Shown in pieces: positions 1-10,100 of a stretch of 64,000 nucleotides of DNA; position 1 is the first letter of the stretch, and every line of letters starts with the position of its first letter. Made by a program: the position numbers and the translations under genes. The DNA is taken from assembly GCA_013265495.1 (NCBI GenBank), contig MU061578.1, positions 3,357,308 through 3,421,307 on the forward strand. Reading direction: 5' to 3'. This stretch comes from Vicugna vicugna. Lineage: Eukaryota. The notes beneath the pieces were generated by a model. That model worked only from the letters and a program-made list of their open reading frames with translations, had not been told where the DNA came from and searched no databases.

Positions 1-985
1 ACTGTTAGCCCATGCCCACCAGCCTCCCAGGACTGCCCCCACCCCTACACCAGACCCTAGCAGAGGTTTACTGAGCCCCGCCTCTACCCACTGGGTCAGT
101 TCCCAGTGGGGTGAGCTGGCAGACCTCTCCGGCTGCTCCCAGGTGCCCGACCCTGTCACGGGTTAGAAGGACCCTTCCTAGGGTGCATTCAACAGTCCTT
201 GAGACTCTGGCCCCCAAGCATCTCCTTCCCTGAGGGGTTTTCTGCAGGATACCCTTCTGCATCCTCAGTTCCTTCCAGCTGTCTCAGTGGAGCAACAGCC
301 AGCCAGTCTAGGGGGTCCAAACCACTGCTGACCCCCAGCCGAAACCAGCAGCCTCTGAGAGCCAGGAGGGGCCCTCCAGGAAGCTGAGTGGCAGCGCCCC
401 TCATGCCCTGAATTGCACAGGCTTTACTTGATGCTCCTGGAGAGGATACTCTGTAGGAGGAGCTGCCCACAGGCCTTTGGGTGTGTAAAGCCAGGCCACA
501 TGGGGTGCCCAGAGCTGGCAGCAGAGCACTACTCACCCACCTGCCCCGTTCCTGCCCTGAACCCGAGCCAAATCTTCCATTTCATTCACTGACTTCTCGC
601 AGAAGCAGGCAGCTCCTGGGCAGATGCTTCTGTAGCCCCCAGGGAGGGGTCCTAGCACTCAAGCTGCATCTGCTTCCTGGCTGCAGGCAGAATCAAGTGT
701 GGTTTTGAAGCCCAGAATCCCGGGGGGAGGAAGCATGGAGATGCGAATGGCTTCACGTTCAGTGTGTCATCTTGGGGTTGGAGGTGGGGTGGGGGAGGGC
801 AGTGCTCCCTGTCCATCCCAGGCAGCCTGAGCTGTCCACTTCTGCCACCCACACTCCTTGGCTATGGGCCACAGTGGGGGGGCTTCTGGGGGAGTCCCCA
901 CCAGCCCAGTGTTGGGTGGGAGGGGTCCTGGCTCTGCCTTTTTCTGCTGAGACAATAAAGCCTCTCGTGTTTGGAGTACACCTCT
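1..985 (+). other. PIGQ: Probable terminal 3' UTR of the upstream gene (PIGQ by synteny), with polyA signal AATAAA at 954-959
   Basis: AATAAA followed by GT-rich sequence (CTGCTGAGACAATAAAGCCTCTCGTGTTTGG). It lies about 6 kb upstream of RAB40C, where PIGQ ends in human. No PIGQ coding exon is recognisable in the window. Confidence 0.5.
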
Positions 986-2164
986 GCCTCCCATCACCAT
1001 GTGGGCAGTGGGTCTAGGGAGGCACCCCTTTGGGGCAGTGGGACAGCTGGCTTCCACTGTTTGTCCTGAGCTGACTACTATGCCCATTTCCTGTTTGATG
1101 CTAAGCTGGGGGACACTGGGAATCTTGTCCCCTGAAGCAGGCCTCTTTGCAGGTCAGGTGGGTGAATGTGTAGGCTCTGGTCCCTTGAAGATGTCCTGGC
1201 ATGGGTGGATGGACCCAGGGCCACTTCCTTTCCATTTTTGGCCTTGCCCTGGTGTCGGGGAGCTCCCAGGACCGGGCCGAGGGCAGGGATGCAGGCCTGT
1301 CTGGGAGCAGGGTGGTGGTGGTGGTGAGCCACTCCTGTCTCTGATGAATATGTCATTGCCTGAACCCTAAGGACTCCCTGCAGGGTAGGGGCACTACCTG
1401 ATGGACTCTACCTGTCCTGCAGCCTCCAGGGACCCTCAGGTAGCTTCCTCTGCCTGTTGTCCAGGCTGTGGAGGGGAGGGGTTGGATGGAGCCCAAAGAG
1501 GTCACTCAGCAACTCCCAGGCCTGCATCTCCACCAAGGGTCAGCAGAGGGCCCCACACGAGTCATGGAGGGCAAGACTAACACCCAGACCTGCTGAGAAT
1601 AGCCTCTGTCACCTGTATTTCTGGGGCCGCCTTTCCGGTCACCAAATGCCAAGACTCGGAGATGGCACACGGGGTCTGCCACCCCTCCCACTGAATTTTC
1701 TCCCCTGATCTGCCCAGCCCACCAGGCAGTGGTGGCCATGTCCCAGGCCTTGCCTGGCAGCTGTCAATCTGTGCCGGGTGTGGGGCTCCCTGCCCATCTC
1801 CCAAAGGCCAGCCCCAGCCTGCTACCAGAGCTGGCCAAGGGAATACTGGTCACTCTAGCCACTGGCAGCCACGAAGAGATGCCACTTGCACATCCCAGGC
1901 TGCTCCTGTCCTGTCTGTCGTCCCTGGACCCATACAGCCCCTGCTGAGGGATGGCCTTCATCTGTGCTCTCATCCCCAACCCAGGACTCTTGAGCACACC
2001 TGCCTCACTGACTTGGCAGAACCTCAAGCTGCAGCCTCTCCTAGGCTGACCCTCAGGCTGCCCTGAGAAGTGGACGTTTCCCCCCACAGCCACCCACTGG
2101 GAAGGGCCTCAGAGAGGGACGGTGATCTGTTGAAGTCCATTCTTGCCAGCTCCCTCCTGTGCTT

Positions 2165-2410
2165 GAAAATTTACTTTGATGTAATTTCAGAGAGTCAGCT
2201 AACACAGTACTTCACACCCTTCACTAGATTCCCTGTTGCTAACATTTTGACACAGCTGTTTTTTCATGCTCACAGTCTAACATTTCTGAACCATTTGATC
2301 ATCAGTTGCCCCTAATTGTGCCCTTAAAATGTCCAGTGTATCTCTTGTAAGGCCAAGGACTGACCTATGTAACCAGAGCATAGTGAGGAAAACCAGGGAC
2401 ATAACATGGA
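2165..2410 (-). mobile_element. Old L1 (L1MC-like) 3' UTR remnant
   Basis: AT-richer patch resembling the antisense L1MC 3' end (cccttcactagattccc...gctaacatttt...ttctgaaccatttg). Recognised by eye; ends approximate. Confidence 0.45.
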
Positions 2411-4359
2411 TGGGGCCACCTCACTTGAATGTTCCCAGCACCTTCCTGTGCTCCTGGGCACCAGTCTGGAGGATCCTTTGACCCCAAGTGTGCCCACGTC
2501 TGCCTCCCCTGTGGTCTTAGAAGGTCCAGCCAGTCACTTGGTAGCATGTCCCTATATGGGGTTCGTTTTGACGATTCTTGAGATTCAGCTCCTGTGCTCT
2601 TCGGAACAGCAGGTAAATGTCGCTGTGTCCTAAGGCATTGCCCTGGGAGGAACACCATGTCTGTCCATCCCAGTGACATCAGCCTGATCCATCAGTTTCT
2701 CTGTAAAGCTACTTTCCCTTTTAATTAACAAGTGATTTGTGACCATGTGACCATCTTGTCCCCTTTGGCCCGCTGGTTGCGTATCCACCATAGGTTCTTG
2801 CCGGTGCACACAGGTTTCAGGCTTGCTCCACCTGTGGGACTTCAGTGGGGCCTCTCCTTGGCAGCAGGCCTGGGCTGGGGGGCCGAGAAGCTGAAACTTG
2901 TGTGAGGGCTGCCAGAGCACCAGGGCCAAGGTCTGTTTGCCCCAGTGGGTGATCACCAGAACCTTCTCAGAGAGGAGGGCTTGAGGTACAGCACAGAGGG
3001 CAGTGGGTATCCTGGAGGGGAGGGGCAAAGACACCCCAGACCACTCCTTCGTTCTTTCCTGGACAGACGCTGGGTCTGGAGGCCTGGCCCCCATCCTTGT
3101 CTAAAGCCAGTGGGTGAGGAAGCTGCAGGGGGGATCGTCATAGGGGGCTCTTCACCAGACATTTCCCAGGCCTCTAGAGGGCCCAAGGTTACCCATGACC
3201 ACCCAACACCTGGGCGCCTCGCAAGGCTGACCCAGGACTTGTGAGCAGAGGGCTGTCCTGGACTGCTCTGTCCTTGGCCTGAGGTTCCCCCATGGACATA
3301 TAGGTCCCCAGCCTACAAACCAGGGATGGTCTTGCCTGCTGCACAGGTTGTGCTGGGAAGGACCCAGCTGGCCTCACTCTGTCCTGGGTGATGGAGAACC
3401 AGACAGCAGAGCCTACAGCTGCTAGAGCCCCTTCTAGGGGAAGTCCTGAGGCACAAAGGGTACTTTTGACCAAGTTCTCTGCAAAGTAGAATGATGACAG
3501 CTTCTCACCTACCCTTCTTTCTGGGCAGACTCAGAAACCAAGAAGGAAACATCAGCCCCACAGTGCTTCCTGTCCTGTCCCTCAGTGACTTCAGAGCAGG
3601 GAGTTAGGTGAAGCCAGGTTTGGGGGTGGCAGGTGATGGGTGCTCAGTTCTGGCCCCTGTGGGGGCTCGACTCCCTGCTTCCACGGGCTGAGGGCTCACA
3701 AGACTGCCCACTGGCTGTTGTTTGTGTAAACGCTGTGTGATGCGGGTGGCTGTGCCCTTTTTGTAAATGTTGGGAGCTGCGTCTGCTATAACCCAGTACT
3801 CAGGGTATTACGAGTACTGGGATTATGAGTGAGCCAAGTGGCCCTGCCCATCCCTAGCCAGCCTCTGCCCTTGAGTGTCCCAGAGGGCCAGGAGGCCACC
3901 AGGAGAGTTTCTTTGTAAAGGCACATGAGAAAAGCCCAGGTGCTTGCTCACCAGGTGCTGCCCACCCAAAAGAAGGACCAGCTCCTTAGGAAGCCTCCCC
4001 AGAAGGGGTTGGCGGCAGCTTGTGGGGGGTGGTCACTTGGTGTTACGGCCCCCATACAGAGGTCTGCTCTCTTTGAAGGTCACCTACTGCTGGAGACACC
4101 ACCCGGGCTCAGTGACCCCTTGGGAGAGAGTCCCTGCTGCCTGTTCCTTGCCTGCTTGACTGACAATGTGCTAGTCAGGCTGTCCTCAGTGCAGCCCAGA
4201 GTCTAGCCGCTGTGATGACATGCTGGTTCCCTTTGCACAGATCTGCTTCTTAGGGAGCCCCAAATCACATGTGGCCTGTCCCTAGCAGGCACCCTCAGCG
4301 CCTTGTCTGGTAAGATCTAGGCTTGGCTCAGCTTTGACAACTCACTCCTTTGATTGTTT

Positions 4360-4681
4360 ATTATTTTTAACAGCTTCATTATTTTACAGGTGTATTTTAT
4401 GTATTATAAAGCTTACCCATTTCAAGCATACAATTCAATGACATTTATTTATTTAAATAGAAGTACTGGCAATTGAACCCAGGACCTCGTGCATGCTAAG
4501 CATGCACTCTACCACTGAGCTACGCACCCCTCCCCAAATTCAGTGATTTTCAATACCTTCACCAGGTAGTATGACCATCACCAGTTTTAGAACATTTCAT
4601 CATCCCAAAAAGAAACACCATATCCATTAAACAGTCACTCACCATTTCCCCCAACCCCCATACCCTGGCAACCACTAGTCT
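4360..4681 (-). mobile_element. Old L1 (L1MB-like) 3' end, interrupted by a SINE and running into a gap
   Basis: Typical antisense L1M motifs: ttttaacagcttcatt, agttttagaacatttcatcatcccaaaaagaaac, ccctggcaaccactagtct. Confidence 0.6.
4443..4535 (-). mobile_element. Camelid vic-1-type tRNA-derived SINE
   Basis: Reverse strand reads GGGGAGGGGTGCGTAGCTCAGTGGTAGAGTGCATGCTTAGCATGCACGAGGTCCTGGGTTCAATTGCCAGTACTTC plus an A-rich tail. Flanked by AATTCAATGA (4432-4441) and AATTCAGTGA (4537-4546), a likely TSD. Confidence 0.85.
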
Positions 4682-4906
4682 NNNNNNNNNNNNNNNNNNN
4701 NNNNNNNNNNNNNNNNNNNNNNNNNNNNNNNNNNNNNNNNNNNNNNNNNNNNNNNNNNNNNNNNNNNNNNNNNNNNNNNNNNNNNNNNNNNNNNNNNNNN
4801 NNNNNNNNNNNNNNNNNNNNNNNNNNNNNNNNNNNNNNNNNNNNNNNNNNNNNNNNNNNNNNNNNNNNNNNNNNNNNNNNNNNNNNNNNNNNNNNNNNNN
4901 NNNNNN
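4682..4906. other. Assembly gap (N run)
   Basis: Run of N. Confidence 1.
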
Positions 4907-7092
4907 ATTTCTCAAGGAGCATTGCTGTGTTCTTTGGTACTTTTATGCTGAACTTTTTGAGTTACCAATTGTTAGCTACATGTCATATGTGACTATATTC
5001 TCCTGAAAAATTTTATCAGTGAGGAGAAAGTCACCCTCCATCTCCAACCCCAAAGGAAATGATGCTGTCTATTTTGGTGAGCATCCTTCCAGATTTTATC
5101 CTATGCACACATTATGTTCTTTATACATAAATCTCGAATGAATTGATTTATTAGGTTTTCAAAAGCATAATCGTTAAAATTACACTGGATATACTGTATG
5201 GTAATTTGCACTTTTGTCTTCCCAGGTCAGTGTTGTCTGCACCTTACCTTGTTCACTGTAGGGGCTGCATGAGCCTGGTTGATTTAATGGGACCCTATGG
5301 GGGCTCTAGGTGGTTTCACTAGTTTCACCCTAACTATACCGCAATAGTGACATTCTCTGAGCTAATTTCTGAGAACTTCTTTAGGCTAAATGATATATGG
5401 AATAATTAGGCTGTCCAACCTCCCTCCCAGTGGGCTATTCCCCACATCTTGGCCCCCAAGCGATGTTGCCAATAAGTGAAGAGTATTATTTTGCTTCACT
5501 TTCCATTTTGCATAGTAAAACTGTATTTTTACACGTGTTCACACGCTTTTCGTAACCCATCCATTCGGTAAACAACCCCAAAGTCACTTCCTGCTGTTGG
5601 CCCCCCTGGTCAAGCCTCAGAGCCCCACGCCCTGCCCCTCTTCCCGGCCCATCCTAGGTTCCCCACCTGGCCTGACCCCGACTCTTCCCCAATAGGCGGT
5701 TCAGAGCCGGTGCTGCCGTCGTCTCTGGGGATGGAGGGCAACCAGTCCGCTGACCCCAACGTTCTGCAGCGTCGGGCCTTTGGAGCCGCGCTGTCACCTG
5801 TGGGCCTTGCCCAGGGCAAGGGGCAGACGCGACGGGCCCTGGCAGAGCCGCCCCGCCGAGGACTCCGCGCCCCCGCCAGTACCTGCGCCTCACCTTGCCG
5901 CCCCCTGCGCCCCTCACCGTAACCCTGACTCACTTGACTTCCCCCCACCCCCCGCCTTGAATCCCTGCTCCCTACGCCCTCACCCACTCAGTTCCCCCTC
6001 GCAGGTCCCTGCCTCACCTCACAGACCCCTGCACCCACCTCGGCCCCGCCCGCAAGACCGAGGCCGGAAGTTCCGCCTCCCCGGCAGCCCCGAGGGCCGA
6101 TTGGCCGTCGTCCTTCCACCACGCCCCCGCTGTGGAGAGGGCTGTTTCCGAGGGCGCAGTTCGGTGGGGCCGCGCGTTCTCTCCGGGGTCTCTGCGGCTG
6201 CAGCTTGCTAGAGGGTTTAGTCCTCCCAGGTCTAGCCGCGTCACCTCACCTCGGGGACAGCCACCATCCTGCTCCGTCCGCGGGAAGGAAGGGGGCGTAT
6301 GCAAACAACTTGGAGTTCTAAGCTCCTGATTGGTGAGCGTATAAGGAAGGGGGCGGGAAGCTCTGGGCGAGCGGGGCGGGCTTAGAGGGCTGTGATCGAC
6401 GTGTAGGCAGTCCAGTGGCTCTGGGAGATTGGCCAGCAGTGGCCAATGGAGAAGGGGAGGGGGCAGGCGAGGGCTGAAGAGTTGCGGGGTCAGTGAGTAG
6501 GGTTGCCGGTGACTTTGGGATGCTCTACGGGAAACGGCAGGGGCGGTAGTAGTGCGGATGGACGTGCCTGTGGACCAGTGGCTTTCTACAGGAAAGTGGG
6601 AGTCGAGGGGCCAATGGCGACAGCGTGAAGACGGGGCGGGGAGACTGGAGGCTGTGTGGGAATTGGTGGGGGCGGGGCATTTGTGATGGACGTTCCCACA
6701 GGCCAATGGACGCTGGAAGGGGTGGTGGTGACCAATGGCGACAGCGTGGGGCGGGGCGACCGGAGGTCTCGCGGCGCTGTCTGGGGAGCGGGGTGGGCAG
6801 GGGCGCTTGTGGTGCTGACGGACGTGCGGGCAGGCCAATGGCCGCAGGAAGTGGGGCGGCGGGAGCCCAATGGCGGCGCGCTGGGCGGGGCGGGGCGGCG
6901 GGGCTGCGCGGCGCCGTGAGGGAAGCGGCGGGGCGGCGGCGCTGAGGCGAGGCAAAGCGAAGAGAAACGAAGCGGGGGCGGCGGAGCAGGTGCAGGCTGG
7001 GCGGCCTCGCCGTCCGCCGGCCCTGCTCACCCGCGCCCGCGCCCACAGGTGGGCTGGAGGCCTCCGCCGCCGGGCTCCGCGGCGCCGTGGGC

Positions 7093-7119
7093 ATGCGGGC
7101 GCGGCCTGCGCGCGCGTGA
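7093..7119 (+). other. Upstream ORF (MRARPARA*) in the RAB40C 5' leader
   Basis: ATG CGG GCG CGG CCT GCG CGC GCG TGA. The stop lies 6 nt before the main ATG at 7126, in the same frame. Confidence 0.55.
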
Positions 7120-7125
7120 GCGACG

Positions 7126-10100
7126 ATGGGGACTCAGGGNNNNNNNNNNNNNNNNNNNNNNNNNNNNNNNNNNNNNNNNNNNNNNNNNNNNNNNNNNNNN
7201 NNNNNNNNNNNNNNNNNNNNNNNNNNNNNNNNNNNNNNNNNNNNNNNNNNNNNNNNNNNNNNNNNNNNNAAGGCCGGCCGCTGCGCGCACCTGGCGCAGC
7301 CGGGCGTCCTGCGGTCCGACTCGCATCTCGGGCCGGGGTCGTGGGGGGAAGCAGCGGCCCGAGCTCGCGGAGACCCTTCTGGGGCCCACGGCGTCGTGGG
7401 GGCGGAGATTTTACCATGGACCTCCTAGAAAGGTCTTGTTTCGGGCCCGCACCAGGTGTATCCACCTGGGCGTCTTTAAAGGCAGGCCGTTGGCTCACTG
7501 CGTAGGGCATCAACACCTTGTGTTGGAAGAAAACACCCCTTCCTGATGGGATTAAACGTTCTTTTCCCGTCTCTGGATGTGTGGCGAAAATACACATCAA
7601 TAGTACCTGCCTGAGCTCCCCTCCGCCTCCATAGTTGACGTGACCAGTGAAGCGGTGTGGCCGGTACCCCCTGCCCTCCGGCCCATCCCAGGCTGCTGGG
7701 TTGGCTCCTCCCGAGGACCTTTGTGCTTCTGGAAGGGCTGTCCTACCTGACGAAATTTACTTCGTGGAGCTCTTGTTCTCCACACCCTTTGTGGCTTTGT
7801 TTCCTGGGCTCTTGTCAGTCCTGCCTGACCACTGTGAGCCTTTGCTGTTTGCTAAATTGCTGGCCTGTGGCAGCTGAGTGTGGAAGCTTCTTTCTGACCC
7901 TTTCGTTTTAGGACTCGTTGGGGTTGTTGGGTTACCTGGGCTGGCTGAGCACTCTTCCTGCTGGAAGTTGTGCCACCTCCCCAAGCACATGTTCCCAGCC
8001 CCAGCTTGGAGATATCCCTAAGGGTGAGAGAATGGGAGCCCTGGATTCATTTTAGGGGAAGGAGAGAAAGTGCGAGGCCCCAAGGGGTGTAAGAGTGATG
8101 CCTCCAGGGGGCTTAGCTGGCCCCTTCACTGGTATCCGTTGAGGATTAGACACTGGGCATCCAAGTTGCTTTCCCAGAGGTGGTGTTGCTTCCTGGAGCC
8201 CTGCTCTTAGTTCCTGCTGGTGGGGGGTGTTTGGCAGAGCTTGAGGGGTTGGGCTCTGTCAGCGCCTTCCCAGGACGTTGATTTCCACTTTTGAGGGTCC
8301 TCCAGCTCGGTGCAGGGAGCATTCAGGTAACACTGAGCCACAGGTGGAGACGGGGGAGCTGCCTCCTGTCCCTGCTGTCAGGGTGCGGTGTGCTGCCACA
8401 CTTCTTAGGAGATGGTGAGTGGTGAAGCAGGGCATAGGCCAGCCTGAGATGGCAGGGATGTCAGAGACTCATGGCATACTGGTCCAGCGGGAGGGTTCTC
8501 TGCCAGTAATGGTGAGGAAAACCCACTCTTAGAAAGTCCCGTATGCTGGTAGGGCCTGGACATGCCCAGATGATCCTTGCAAGTCTGCGTGGCACCCAGT
8601 AGAGAAGGCAGGATGCCTGGGCCCCATGTCTAGGGTCCTTGAGGTCAAGACCTGTGCCACGCATGCGGGGAGTGGGTCCTCATGGTCCAGGCATCAGCTC
8701 ATTGGGCAGGCCAGTGCTCTGTATCAGTGTGAGGTGGGTGAGTCAGAGAACTACCTTCCCCGCTGAAGGCGTCTTGCTGGTTTTCAGGATTTGGCATCAT
8801 GTGAATTAGTGCTTTGAAAGAGTTGTACTGTTCAGGAGCTTTTGCTCTCTAGTCCTCTTATGGTGGGTACACGTGTATTTCTTTTCTCTTTCCTGTTAAG
8901 AGCCCCTCACCACGTCTCAAGCTTTTTGTGTTTGCCCCAGACTTGCACAGTCGCTCTGAGTGGGAGCAGATGACCATGGCAGGGAAGTCTCCACCTATTG
9001 AAGGGCGTGTAACCAAACCCCCTTTCTTTGGGCCCACCAGATTACTTCCCTACATCAAAGTCTTGCCTTGGTTGTTCCTCAGCAGATTCCTAAGGGCACG
9101 TCACTCTCGCCAGCTTCACCAACATGTGAGTCGTCAGATGGTCTTTTCTAGCACTGGCACCTGAAGCAGCAGAACCATGTGTGACAACTTGCCAGTGCCC
9201 TGGGAGCCTACGTGGGCTCTGGCATCTGGTCATGCTAACACACTCCATATTTGGGGGTCTCATAGGTCTGGAAGTCTCCCCTCAGGAGGTTTGGTTTCCC
9301 TTTCTTTGTAAACCACGGCAGTGGTTTTAGGGGAGGGGTCTGTTCTCTCTTCAGGACTTTGCACACAGGTTCCTCCTGGGCTGTGCGTCCAGTGGGAACT
9401 TTCATTCCAGAGCATAGGCAGCAAGAAGTATGCTATGGAAGCTGGCGGGAGGGAGGTTCCAGAGCTTTGTGAGCACTTTCTCCCCAGTCACCACCAGACC
9501 TGCCCCTGCTCTGCGGAGCCCAGGAATCATTACTGTGGGTCTTGGGCTGTTCCCCCTTTACTGAGGGTGGTGAGCATCGTCCATTAAGGCAGTTCTATCC
9601 TCTGCATCTTGGCTCCCATGAGTCTTTAAGTGGAGGATTGTGATTGATCAGCCCACATCCTAGAAGACTAGAGGGTGGGCACACCCCATCTCCTCGGGGT
9701 CAGTGTTGGTGGAGCTATGCAGCATACAGAAGCTCACCTTTTTTGAGTCCAGGGCATTGGGGAGGGAAGGAAGGAGATCTGATGGGCAGGAGAAGCAGGG
9801 GCATGGTGACGGGTGTGCACAAAGCAGGGCAGGTGTGGGGGCCTGCCATGAACATGTGGGGTCTGCTGGTTGTTTCTGTTTCTGGGACCCGGTGTGCCAG
9901 AGCATCACAGTGTCCCTGGGCAGTTCCAGGTGTTTCTCTCGCTGGAAGTTGGTTTTGTTCTCAGTGCGAACCCAAGGGGAAACCACATCTTCAGGCGTTT
10001 CTGTGCTTTTTCCCAAGTCAGGACGTGTCTCTGGACTGTATGCCCCTACTATCTTTGCTGCTTTGTCCCCAGTGCTAGCATGAGACCTGCACACAGGAGG

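Larger units (their letters stand above)
5690..7450 (+). promoter_or_regulatory. RAB40C: RAB40C CpG-island promoter with many CCAAT and GC boxes and an ETS-like site
   Basis: High CpG density; CCAAT at 6443, 6611, 6703, 6732, 6835 and 6867; several GGGGCGGG; CGGAAGTTCCG at 6065-6075. Confidence 0.85.

Noticed and set aside
6014-7600. 528-aa minus-strand ORF and other long ORFs over the RAB40C promoter
   Set aside because: Pro/Arg/Ala-rich products of a CpG island with few stop codons, partly read through an N gap; no recognisable domain.
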